Assembly: GCA_002269645.1 (NCBI GenBank)
Contig: NIVC01000299.1
Coordinates: 62,001-126,000, forward strand
Source of the DNA: Macrostomum lignano
Lineage: Eukaryota
Length of the DNA stretch: 64,000 nucleotides
Direction of reading: 5' to 3'
Of the stretch, positions 10,741-23,519 are shown one piece after another. The number at the start of each line of letters is the position of its first letter. The first letter of the stretch is position 1. The notes under the pieces are model-generated. The model searched no databases and was not told where the DNA came from. It saw nothing but the letters and a program-made list of their open reading frames with translations. The translations under genes and the position numbers were made by a program.

Positions 10741-13314
10741 GCCGCCTGAGGCCTGTGCTGCGTGCGACGGAGCGCTGCTCCCGAGTTGCTGTTTGTTATT
10801 AATTATCCAACAATACACCTTCGGCTATATTGTACATGCCGTGCTGTCCAGACTCTATAAAGACAAACCATTTGAAATTCCGAGGCCTTGTTTTAATTTT
10901 GTTTTAAATTTGCTTTCTCTCTGTGAGTACCAATTTTTTGTAGCCTTTGTTGTTCGATCTGTAATTTTATTATTGTTACAAAATTACCTGTACTCCACCA
11001 GTTCTAAGCAGCCATTAACGTAGCACTCGCCTGCCTATGTTGGCTTGTTAACTTGAGCGAAGCTATTTTTTATCTGCCTTCATTTACCAGCTAGCGTGTT
11101 GTCAGCAGGGAACATAAGCACGCGGGCTTCATAAGTGACAAAGCAGTACAGCAAGTCTCGTGGGTGTACAAACGCCTTGGCGCTGTAACAGAAATATATA
11201 GAATTCAGAGTGTTTAAAATGATGAACAATGAAATCAGATCATTTAAATGTTGGTTTTGTGATATTCTGGATCAAGCACTGTTTTTGGATGACAATGGGG
11301 ACTCGGATTTTAATTGCTACGAGTCACGGCAGTCGAGGAAGCGACAAAACGGCCGTTTGAGTGCTAAAAGACTGAAAAACACGAGACTCCGATTTAACGA
11401 TGCACCTGGATGGATTCAAAAGTTGAACATTCGCTGGACCCTGACGCAACGGCTCCAGCGACATCGTCATACAACCATACTGTACGCAGGCACGCCCTCG
11501 TACAAGCGCTCACTCAGGGTGTACAGCGGCCCCTGACTTTCTCAACGTCAGGCATCTACATTCTCTGTGCATTGGTGGGGGCTGGCCTTCAGGGTTGTGA
11601 ATCGCAAAACATCATAAAATCGCGATATTATACGTGCATTGATTTTAAGTTATTTGAGGCTTTGGAAAAACTGAAAAAACTCCTCAAACTCGTTGGTTTC
11701 GGATATTTCACCAGGTTCCGAATAAAAGAAATTGAAATTCGGAAACTCAAGAATAGCTGTGGAGATGAGCAGACACGTGTAACTGTAATTGCAGTGGTAG
11801 AATAGGTAAACTCATGATTAATGGTATGCTACTGTCGTAACCCGGGTCGGTTTGGGTGCCCAATCCCGAGTACAATATATATTATGCGTAATATACAGGC
11901 GTAGTGACGCTCTGTCTGTACTTTTATGGATACGAGCAGGCGTGACGACGCTCTGCGATAATAATTCGATCCCTCTGGTGTTGTGACATTCAGAGTTCAC
12001 ACTGCGGCTCGAGGTGTGATGACACTCTCGAGTGCTTCTAATCTCGATACTGTAGGTTGTACACACTATATAGAGTAGCCGGTACTGTACTACAATACGC
12101 TATATGCTCTCCCGGCGTTATGACGCTCTGGCAAGAACTCAGCCTAACAAGCTCCCCAGAAAAGAATGAACTCAAGCAGCAGGCGGCTTACCAGTGGCCG
12201 AATTGCCGTTCGTACGTTTATTGATTTGCTCGTTAGTCTCAAGCGCAGTTTCTGACTTCTTCTCAATTCTCAAAGACTCTTCTCAATTAGGCTCTTGTGT
12301 TTCTTTTATCAAAGTAGCTAATGTTGCTGTTTCTTGCGTCGTCTCGCGCTTGCACTCTCGGAGCACACCAAAACACAAAAAGCACGCAGGGCGTGGGCAA
12401 GACCCAGAGTCGCACCATAAATACCCCAAACCGTGGGGCAGACGGCCCCACCGGCTAAGCCCACCAAAACAAACAAACTACCCCAAAAATAGAGACTGGC
12501 CGCGCCGGCCAGCCAATCAAAACACTGCCTAGGGGGAGGGCCGCACCCGCGCCAAAGCTGGCCCGGCCGCAGCCAATCAGCCCTGAGCACGGGGCAGGGG
12601 CACGGCTGGGGAGGGGCACGCGCAAAGCCCGGCCGCCGGCCAGACCCTGCCACGCCCACCAACCCCCCTAGCCAGCCCCAAAGTGCAACGCGCCCTGCGA
12701 ACCGACAAGGGCGCATGCACTACACTACAAAAATTCTTCTCGTCGATCTCGGGTCTTCATCGTCGATAGCTAACAGATCTTGCGCTTGTGCGCACATCCT
12801 GACAGGATCCCAGATTAACGATGCGATGAAACAAGACAGCTGCCTACGTTCGCTTACTTTTCTTGAAAATATAGAAATTGGTTGGCTTCTGTTACTTCAA
12901 AAACGCTTTGTATTTTGTGCCTGAAATTTGAACTATTCAAATTGATTTATCTCTCAGTCCTGTTCAAACTGGAGACGGACTTAGTGAACCTCACGGCCGT
13001 GTTTCAATCCCCGAAATGTGACATTTTCCCACGGACAGCTAACAGGCAAGACAGCTGCTCGGTCGATAATTTTCACTCACAGAATCTCTTTGAATTTGAG
13101 CTCTCAAACGGCTTTTGATTGCGTGACTCAATACGGTTAAACTCCGGCTGCTCGATTGAACCTCGACGCGGATGTCGATGCCGCGGATCGAGGCACGGTG
13201 GGGCGCTGGGAGCCGCCCAGAAATTTCAAGCGCATAAATGACTGAAAAATGCACTGAAAAACTCGCGGAACTGCTCTGGTCATCCTGGCTTGACTTCGAC
13301 TTTGTCCAGACAAA

Positions 13315-14560
13315 ATGCAGGTAAGTTGCTCTAATTAAATTTCCATGAAGTAGATGTTGCTACCGTATCGCATTTGGATGCCGTATGGCGATTCTCATCT
13401 TCTGTAGTTTGAGGCTTGGCGACAAGCTCATTTTTAAAATGACCCGGAAATTTTTGCCCTTAGAGCCGTTTAAAGAATCTGCTATTGTCTTCTTCTAAAA
13501 CGCACCAACCCGCTCTACGCCAATCGATTTGCAGAACAGCTCCTCCAGTTCGGATTCCACAGTCGCGGCTGTGTCCTACTATGCCGAGGCCAGCTATTTG
13601 TTTTTCCAGTCTCAGATCTTCATCTGGCTGTTCCCCCTGGTCATGCTGGTGGGCGCCTTTGGCAACGCCTCCTGCGCTCTGGTGCTGCTGCGCAACCCGG
13701 CCTGTTTCCCCTTCTCTGTGCGGCTCAGCATGCTGGCGAGCTGCTGGTTCGACTTCCTGCTCACGGCCGGCAAGTCGGTGACGCACTACCTGGCCCCGAG
13801 CGTCATGGGCCGCATCCTGGGAGTTGAGGACTACCGCAGAGACACCAGCTTGGGTGTCTGCATTGCGTACTACTTTTTCACCATCTGGCTGCTGCACGGC
13901 AGCCCCTTTTTTCGCCTGGGGCTGTGCTATCACTCCCTGTGCGCGATCCTGGCCCCGCTGAAGACTGCGGCCCTGCTGTGCAGGAGGAACGTCATTCTGT
14001 ACCAGCTGCTGCTCGGAGCGCTGAGCGTCCTGCCCTGCGTTCGAGTCTTCAACATTTACTGGAGGCCAGAAAGGCATCGCTGCTATTTTCATCAAGATTC
14101 GACTCGGGATTTCTACCGCACTTACACATTCTTTGTGGCCCGGGTGACCGTGGTCCTCATGCTGCTCGTCACCATGGTCGTTATCATTATTCATCTCAGG
14201 CGGAATTCGAAAAACCTCAAGGCTGACGCCAGAGAAGGGGCTGACCGCTCGGGCCAGACAGTGACGATATCGAAAATTTTCATTACGACCAGCCTGATAT
14301 TTTTCGTCTGCGAGGGGCCGTTCACCATTCTTGAGTACTTAAGAAGCAATGATGACCTCCAGATCCCCAGGACCAACCCCATACGGCAGCTGAACATCCT
14401 GCTGAACGCTTTCATGTACTTTAACCCGGCGCTGAACTGGATTCCCTACTTGATTGGGGCCAAGTTCAGGCAGTTCTACAAGAGCCAGTTTTTATGCTGC
14501 AATTTGTCTGAGAAGCCACGATCTGCTCAGAGGGGCGGGACAGCTGCGGGACAAATCTGA
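13315..14560 (+). CDS. Atypical rhodopsin-class (class A-like) 7TM orphan GPCR, ~343 aa
   Basis: Coding micro-exon ATGCAG 13315-13320, then GTAAGT donor, intron 13321-13534, exon 13535-14560. N-terminal N-S-S sequon, seven hydrophobic segments, TM1 GAFGN, Cys at the top of TM3 (GVCIAY) and in ECL2 (RHRCYF), TM6 FFVCEGP, TM7 NPALNWIPY. Confidence 0.8.
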
Positions 14561-14781
14561 ACATGGAACTTCTAGGGCGTCACAAGTTGAACTAATTAAA
14601 GGCGTTACCTTTGACACAGACTCTGATAGAGATTGCCCAGTTCCTACATGTATCTTAGGATACATGTATCTTACATGTATCTTAAAAAACAGAATTTCTC
14701 TCACTTGTTATAAGCGGACACATATTGCAAACCATATTAGCAACACTGCTGAGTCTTGAACCGTTTTTTTTAATCTGTGCT

Positions 14782-15129
<348 letters not shown>

Positions 15130-15229
15130 CATCATACCTGTAGGGGCAACATACGACACGAGTATATTTGCTAATGTAAACGATTGGAAAAGTAAAATCA
15201 CCAAAAAGAACCAAAACCAAAAAGAAAAT

Positions 15230-17800
15230 AGAAATTGCAGAGATTGCGAGTATGGGAGGGGTGGCTAAAAGCAGTAAAAAACGCATGCAAGTCAGCGAAG
15301 CGGGACAAGGCGTGGCGGGCACAACGCAGGGGCAAGAAAGGCCCCCACAGACACCTACCCGACCGCTACAGGGATTGGCCCGCCAATATACACTTAGCGG
15401 AACGGCCGGAGAGAGAGAGCAGAAGACAGCATTCGCAGAGAACAAAAACAGCTTGAAGCTCCAGCTGATGGCCGGCAGGTGGCCACCGAGGTTACCGGGT
15501 GCCACGCCGCGCTTAGCCAGGCGCCGCACGTACTCGACCAGGTGCACCGGGACGCTGCTAGTGGCTGAAAACCTTCAAGATCGCAGAAGCGCTTCCACTG
15601 CTCGCGGTTTGAAGCGTACGATGCCCTCATACGAGCTACTATAGGAGCCCAGGCATCAGCAAAGAAGCGAAGGAGCGGCACGGGTAGGCGGGAGGCAGGA
15701 GGCGCCAGACCAGCAAAAGCAAAAGGAGGCGGAGCAGAGCGCGCGCCAGGATTCAGCAGCTACATGTAAATCATTCAAGCTACGGTAGAAGCGGAGAAAG
15801 AAGTCTGTGCCCCACTTCTAGAAGCAAGGCGAGATGCCGGGTCCGCTAGGACCTGGAAGGCGCCTGGACAGTGAAAGGCCCACAGTCGCACGCCCGACGC
15901 GTCGCAGGGGAGCGACAGCGTGTGCAGGATCCGGTTGCCGTCGTCACATGGTGAGCTGAGCTTGTTCAGCGCACCGACAGCCACCGAGCTGTCGCTGTAC
16001 ACGACGATGTGCACGCCGGCGAAGGATGCCGAGGACAGGCGGGATGATCTCCTTTACGTTGATGTGGGCCGATCCAACTCGGCCAACAGCGTCATTTTTC
16101 CAGTTGATGAAGAGCCAGTCGGACTTATTGGCCTCCCGCACAAAGCCTGCACCACCGTTGCAAGCGTCAGTTTCGAAGACAATCCTTTGAGCGTTGCGAG
16201 GCCAGATGGACGCGCAGCCAACGTACTGGAGGCTTCTCCTATGCCCGCTAGACATTTGTTCGTTGATAGTGAAACCCAGGCTCGTCGCCAGGCTCCTCAA
16301 GTTCTCGTAGGCCTCCCAGCCCTTCCCGGAAAGATGCACGACGGGGCTCACCCCGGCGACGGCAAGCACCCTGGCCCCGCTAGCAGTGATTGGGCCAGCC
16401 AATCTACACTGGTTTCTTCTGTTCTACCTTCGTGGATTCAAAGTTTTAAACCAGCTAGATTGTGACACGTACCGATGAATAAGTCTGCTTTCCTCAAATA
16501 AAGAGGCAGAGTCAAAGCGAAGCGTGCATTATTTAAAACCGTAAATGCGAACAGTAAGCGGTAATTCGTATTAGAGCACCAGATGAAAAAAATAGTAAAT
16601 GATGGCTGGGCTGGAGCCAAAGGTGGTAGCCAGCCCGCTAAAGAGAAATGCGCCTAAATAAACTTGGGCGCCGAAACAAGCTGCGCCTAGATCGTACTAC
16701 TGGCGTGGCCACGGCCGCACCGGTTCCGAAAGGCCGGACAGCGAGGCAGCCAAGGACTTACTAAAGAGCACCGGGGTGGCCAGCCCCATAAAATGGCCTA
16801 AAGCATTGCTGGCTGGGCGAAGGCCGGAAACTAGCTCTAAAATAAAATCGGGCGCCAACGGGAGGAAAAGGGCGCCAATCTGAGTAAAGGGGCACGTTAA
16901 ATGGCACGTCACGCAAAATAGGTACAGTAAAAGGGCGAACGCATGGGAGCTAGGCCTCTGAGCAACAGACTCTGACGGGGCGCAGGCGAGGGGTGCAAGG
17001 GGGCGGCATAGGGGTGCATGGCGGCAGACAGCGCTGCGCCATGGGTGTCCCTGAAACTGTTAGCACAAGCTATTTCCAGGCGACCCGCTCAATGGCTTTG
17101 GGGTGGCGCCGCGGAGGCCGCCATCATGGCCACGCCGCAGACTACCCCCGGGTGCTCCGGGTTCTCCAGCTCTTAGCCCTCTAACAGGTCCTGGCGTTCG
17201 TCGTCAGTGCCGAGCTGAGCCGCGGCGACAAAGAGGCTCGCGATGTACGAGGCGGCCTCCTTCATCAGGTGCTTACGGACAGCAGCGCGGGCCAGGAGCG
17301 GCTCTGGTCACCGCCTGGTGGTCCCGCTTGAGCCGAAGCATCCTCGGTGGTTAGTCGCTCGGCCAGGCTGTTGGGCGGGGCCACTGGCAGAGTACGCCGG
17401 GGGGCTTCAGCTAGGCCGCTCCACGTAGCTGTACCCTTGGGGTTGCCAGCCTCCTGGTTGGACGTTTGGGCGGCAGCCTCCTGACGAGCGGGCTCCGCTC
17501 CGTCACTGGCGGGAAACACCTGCGGGGTGCTTGCGCGGAGTGGGGTACCCAGTTCGGGTGGCGTATCCGGGCCGGCGAGGCCTCCCGGCCCGCCAAGGGA
17601 GGTCTCCGTGGCCACGGAAGACACGTCTTCTGGTGCGGCCGTCAGGGCGGCTGAGACTGGATGACAGGGAATGGGGCTTGCGCAGTCTAGATTCGTCTTG
17701 GTCTCTGTTTTAGCACAAACCCGCAGCTTTACCGATTTCATTATAAAGTTGTAGAGTACAATATAGCTTCGTATAAACACGAGAGTATTGCCGTCTCTCG
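15230..17800 (-). mobile_element. Degenerate, internally deleted tyrosine-recombinase retrotransposon (DIRS order, Ngaro-like)
   Basis: Minus strand, in order: low-complexity gag-like ORF (17265-17780); RT tail LRSLATSLGFTINEQMSSG..LQYVG; RNase H FETDACNGGAGF..DWLFINW..HINVKEIIPPV, frameshift, VYSDSSVAVGALNK..FHCPGAFQVLADPASR (15775-16402); recombinase N-terminal domain Y..QWKRFCDLEG / LVEYVRRLAKRGVAPGNLGGHLPAISWSFKL (15440-15680). Frameshifts present; RT core and recombinase catalytic domain absent. Boundaries approximate. Confidence 0.75.
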
Positions 17801-18037
17801 GAGAAAGAATAAAGTTGTTTGTCGGAATTTCCGACTGGCTAGTTAAAGTTCACAAAGGACTCCCACCACGTCAAGAATATAAAATAACTAAATGAATTGA
17901 GGCATCCGTGCAGTAGCATGATTGTGATGGCCTTATCTGACACATGTTTCATGGCTGACAAATTATTGGCTTTTCTCAATCATACATAGATTCTGCTGAT
18001 TTAAAAATCTCTTCTTTTTTCTCGATTCAATTGAAAA

Positions 18038-18626
<589 letters not shown>

Positions 18627-18761
18627 ATAAAAAACGCCAAATACTTACATTATTATACAATATTTTTGGTGACAAAAGACGCATAATTAATTTCCATTTA
18701 CTATTGTTTTCGATACATATCGTCAGTTATAGGTGGCATTGTCTTTGTTTCCACAGAGCAG

Positions 18762-20867
18762 TTATCTGATGCCATCCAGGCTCCGCTGATGCCGCTGCTG
18801 TTCGCGCCGGAACTCGGCCTGCCGCATCAGCATCCCAGCCTCCATCTTGCCGGTGATGTATCTGAAAACCCTACGCCAGGCCTTCTCAGCCTGCGGCCCG
18901 TAGCGGTCGGGGCCCAGCAGCTGCTGGAAGGCGAAGTTCACGGCTGGCCAGAGGCGCTGAGGGTGGACAGGGGTCGGGAAGGCGTCATGACTTCAGTGAA
19001 AAGTGACTAATTGGGTGTGTCCAGTGACAAGTCATGTTTCTGGTCGGTAATTTCCTTAGAGCTAATATAATTATTAAGTGACAGGTATTGTAGAGAGTTG
19101 ACAGGTATTGTAGAGTGACAGGTATTGTAGAGAGTTGACAGGTATTGTAGAGTGACAGGTATTGTAGAGTGACAGGTATTGTAGAGTGACAGGTATTGTA
19201 GAGTGACAGGTATTGTAGAGTGACAGGTATTGTAGAGAGTGACAGGTATTGTAGAGTGACAGGTATTGTAGAGAGTGACAGGTATTGTAGAGTGACAGGT
19301 ATTGTAGAGTGACAGGTATTGTAGAGTCACAGGTATTGTAGAGTGACAGGTATTGTAGAGTTACAGGTATTGTAGAGTTACAGGTATTGTAGAGTGGCAG
19401 GTATTGTAGAGTGACAGGTATTGTAGAGTGACAGGTATTGTAGAGTGACAGGTATTGTAGAGTGACAGGTATTGTAGAGAGTGACAGGTATTGTAGAGAG
19501 TGACAGGTATTGTAGAGTGACAGGTATTGTAGACTTAGAGGTATTGTAGAGTGACAGGTATTGTAGAGTGACAGGTATTGTAGAGTGACCGGTATTGTAG
19601 AGAGTGACAGGTATTGTAGAGTGACAGAGTGACAGAGTGGCAGCATAAAACATCCAGAGTGAGTGACAGACTGGCAGAATGAAAAGTGATAGTGCGTGAC
19701 AGTCACAAAATTGAAATTGCGATGAAATGTATATCGATGATGAGTGACGTGATAGAAGATGTATGCAGGAAAGTCTAGAAATTCTGATCGAAAAAAACTT
19801 TCAGTGGAATCTATCCGAGTCTGTAACCATGGGAACCAAGGCAATGATACTCAATTGAGTATTCGGCAGCTGATTAAACACAATCGAGTTGATCAGGGTG
19901 GGCGGGGCAGCGAGTGAAGCTGCAAATCCGGAGAACATTGAAACAGCTGGGAAGCCTCCAGAGACCCTCTGGGGAAATGAAGCGAATTTTTCATCGCTCG
20001 GCCAGCTTCTGGGCTGATTGAACCTGGCGGCCACCTAAAGCAGATAAACCACAGATAGGAGACGGATAGAACACAGATAGGAGACGGATAGAACACAGAT
20101 AGGAGACAGATAGAACACAGATAGGAGACGGATAGAACACAGATAGGAGACAGATAGAAGAGAGGCAGAAGAGGTGACCTCCCAAACCCCGGAGGCTGAG
20201 GCCGCACCATCAGCAGCTCGGGCTTGATGCGGAACGAATGATGCGCCTGGCCCAGCGCCAGCAGCACGGAGTTCAGCACCAGCGCGTCCTCCAGGCAGTC
20301 CACGGCGGCGCCCAGCGCCTGCATCACCGCCAGGCCGTGGCGCCGCAGCCGCTCCGGGTCAAAGCTCGGCTGCTCGCCCACCTCGGAGCGACTCAACTCG
20401 ACTGCCTGCTCCGCCTCGGACTCGGCCGCAGCGCCACCGCCGCGCTTCGCCTCAGCGGCCGATGCGGCCTGCATGAGCCGCTGGAACAGATCGCGCATCT
20501 CCGGGTCCGTCTGGAACAGCCTGGGGAGGGGGAATGCAAGACTGAACTGCCTTCTGGGCAACCGCTGACTCTCCTCCCCTGCCGCTGAACTCCCTCCTTC
20601 TCTCTCCTCTCCCCCCATCCATCGCTCCTTTCTCCACTATTCCTCTCACTCTACCTCTCTCCCTCTCCCTCTCACTCTCCCTCTCACTCTCACTCTACCT
20701 CTCCCTCTACTTTCCCTCTCACTCTCACTTTACCTCTCCCACTCACTCTTCCTCTCTTTCTCACTCTCCCTCTCACTCTCACTCTCCCTCTCACTCTCCC
20801 TCTCCCTCTACTTTCCCTCTCACTCTCACTCTACCTCTCCCACTCACTCTTCTCTCTCTCACTCTCC

Positions 20868-20916
<49 letters not shown>

Positions 20917-22173
20917 ACTCTCCCTCTCACTCTTACTCTCACTCTACCTCTCCCAATCACTCTATCTTCTCCCTCTCTCCCTCTTGTTCTCCTCTCTTCA
21001 CCTCTGCCTTTATTCTCGCACACACTCGACGCGTGTCTCCCCCCTCCCGTCATCCCGCCCAGCGCACGAAAGCTCGCCAGCAAATCTGCAGTTGCATCCC
21101 CAGTGATAAAAGTGCTGAGCAAGCAGATGCAGCAGCGGTGCCTCTCCACTCATTGCTCATTACTCAAGTATGCACTCAGCACACTGCTTTAATAGTAGTG
21201 GCTCATCCATTCTCGCAATGAGTGATTCCCTTTTGCGACTGCCCTCCCATCCTCCCGAATATATGGAAGCAGGTGGCTGGCTTTTCTGAGAGCCTGCAGG
21301 GAAGTAGAGGCTCCTTGTGAGGCTAAAATCAAAAGCACAACACACACATAGGGCAGCTTCCATAAGTGCATTGTTGGCGCAATTCTCAAAGAGCACCTGC
21401 AGCTCTGCATTTGGTTGATAAAATTAACGTGTGATTGTACTTAAACTCGCGCAGCTGAAATCCTATTTTAAATTTGCGATCTTTGACTTGGGCTGTGCCG
21501 CACTGAAGCTGGCTGTGCACCAGAGGCAGCGGAAGTCCAGAAGCTAGCCATGACTTGCAGTACCAGCCAAGTAAACCAGCCCCCAATGACTGGAGTATTT
21601 TTAAACCAAAGCATTTGATTGATGTCGGAGAGCCGATAGAGCGCAGCCTTCTCAGAAAGACCAGCAGGAGCGGAAAGCCGTGGGATTGGGAAAATGGAAG
21701 GATAGAGAAAAGTGGAAGGTAAGGGAGAGGGAGAGGGTGAGAGGAGGGAGAGGGTGAGAGGAAGGAGAGGGTGAGAGGAAGGAGAGGGAGAGGGAGAGGG
21801 AGAGGGAGAGGGAGAGGGAGAGGGAGAGGGAGAGGGAGAGGAAGAGGGAGAGGGAGAGGGAGAGAGAGAGGGAGAGGGAGAGGGAGAGGGAGAGGGAGAG
21901 GGAGAATAAGTAGAGAGGCAAAGCTGGAGCACAAGGGGACGCTAAAGTGTTGGGAAGTGAGTGGAGCAGGCAGCAGAAAGCGGCACTGCAGATCCCCACT
22001 GACCTGCTGAACACCAGGAGGCCGGCAGCTGCCAGGTCGTCTCCGACCGCAGCCCAAGTGTGGCGCACCAGGTCGATTTGTGACTTGCTGAGGCAGTCGC
22101 CGATCTGATCGTTGAGGCAGCGGCTAGGCGAGGGGGCGAAGGACTGCTGGGACTTCGTCAGCGCGCAGCCCAT
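18762..22173 (-). CDS. Globin with N-terminal MGC acylation motif (globin X/neuroglobin-like), ~225 aa
   Basis: Exons 22173-22004, 20520-20208, 18956-18762 (TAA). Introns fall at the canonical globin positions B12.2 (FSR|LFQTDP) and G7.0 (IKPELLM|RLWPA). CD1 Phe (MRDLF), E7 His (LRRHGLAV), F8 His (LGQAHH), H-helix AWRRVFRYI. Acceptor ctaatttcctgtgctttag at 22209 implies an upstream 5' UTR exon (candidate donor at 23400). Confidence 0.88.
19078..19625. repeat. 17/19-bp minisatellite, globin intron 2
   Basis: Unit gacaggtattgtagagt, with or without an extra ga. Confidence 0.92.
20043..20160. repeat. 22-bp minisatellite, globin intron 2
   Basis: Unit gatagaacacagataggagacg; period 22 (20051 vs 20073). 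Confidence 0.85.
20600..21005. repeat. CT-rich (CTCTCC/CTCACT) tract, globin intron 1 near the acceptor
   Basis: Polypyrimidine degenerate repeat on the + strand. Confidence 0.88.
21720..21905. repeat. (GAGAGG)n tract, globin intron 1 near the donor
   Basis: Hexamer run on the + strand. Confidence 0.9.
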
Positions 22174-22409
22174 CCTGCTCGAGTTGCTTCTCTATGTTTT
22201 TCTGCTTCCTAAAGCACAGGAAATTAGCGGTAATTATAGGTGCAAATACGAGGAGAAGAGAATTTATTGAACAACGGGTTCCGCCTCCTGCTTTCTCTAC
22301 TTTAATCCCCAGCTCTCCCTGTCTTCCCCTGTCGTCAGCGGCCTCGCCACTCAGCCATTGGACGGCAGCCGGGAGAGCGCGGAGTTCCGGTGCGGGCAGA
22401 GGTGAAGTG

Positions 22410-22960
22410 TCTGCCTGTCTGCCTGTCTGCCTGTCTGCCTGTCTGCCTGTCTGCCTGTCTGCCTGTTTGCCTGTCTGCCTGTCTGCCTGTTTGCCTGTCT
22501 GCCTGTCTGTCTGCCTGTCTGCCTGTCTGCCTGCCTGTCTGCCTGTTTGCCTGTCTGCCTGTCTGTCTGCCTGTCTGCCTGTCTGCCTGTCTGCCTGTCT
22601 GCCTGTCTGCCTGTCTGCCTGTCTGCCTGTCTGCCTGTTTGCCTGTCTGCCTGTCTGCCTGTTTGCCTGTCTGCCTGTCTGTCTGCCTGTCTGCCTGTCT
22701 GCCTGCCTGTCTGCCTGTTTGCCTGTCTGCCTGTCTGCCTGTCTGTCTGCCTGTCTGCCTGTCTGCCTGTCTGCCTGTCTGCCTGTTTGCCTGTCTGCCT
22801 GTCTGCCTGTCTGCCTGTCTGCCTGTCTGCCTGTTTGCCTGTCTGCCTGTCTGTCTGCCTGTCTGCCTGCCTGTCTGCCTGTTTGCCTGTCTGCATGTCT
22901 GCCTGTCTGTCTGTCTGTCTGCCTGTCTGTCTGCCTGTCTGCCTGCCTGTCTGCCTGTCC

Positions 22961-23001
<41 letters not shown>
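22410..23001. repeat. (CTGC/CTGT)n compound microsatellite
   Basis: ctgcctgt octamer-like run ending in (ctgt)n. Confidence 0.93.
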
Positions 23002-23004
<3 letters not shown>

Positions 23005-23039
23005 TCGAGTTCCCCTATCTGCTTTAGTGCCATCCGACT

Positions 23040-23150
23040 TATCCCGATCCCAACTGGGACTGATCCTGGTCACCATCTGGGACTAATCCCGATCCCAACT
23101 GGGACTGATCCTGGTCACCATCTGGGACTGAACCATCTGGGACTGATCCC
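23040..23150. repeat. 45-bp tandem duplication (two copies plus a partial one)
   Basis: atcccgatcccaactgggactgatcctggtcaccatctgggact at 23041 and 23086. Confidence 0.8.
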
Positions 23151-23519
23151 CTTTCTCCGGGCTGAGCAGTGCAGTCGCTTCTAGAAGGAATTCGCTACGG
23201 AAACTGCAGTGCAGCAGAACTGCGGGCAGCTGTGCGTGACGGCTGATGAAGAGAAATTGAAGGAGGCTGTCGGATACGAGACAGTAATTAGACTGCTGTA
23301 TGGCGACTGAGTTCACGCCGAATGGGGACTGCTTGGCTGCGGATGGCTGGGCAATTGAGGGGCAGTGAGTTCTTTTTATCAAGGATCTCAGGCTGCTCAC
23401 CTGGGGATCGGGGGAGGCTGGGAGTCGCGGATCGGCGGGTAGCGATCGCAACAAGAAAGGTAAATGGGTTATAGTTGTTATAGTTGACTGAGTGTCTGGA
23501 ACGGCAGGGTATGCAGGCA

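Noticed and set aside
11210-12066. ORFs of 82-131 aa downstream of KIF9
   Set aside because: No recognisable motifs, no splice-supported structure, and codon style unlike the verified genes.
12318-12716. GC-rich block with CCAAT motifs and a minus-strand ORF
   Set aside because: Low-complexity Gly/Pro/Arg translation; may be a repeat fragment or promoter, but nothing diagnostic.
13161-13193. Short hairpin cctcga-cgcgg...ccgcg-ga-tcgagg upstream of the GPCR
   Set aside because: An 11-bp interrupted stem is within chance expectation for GC-rich sequence.
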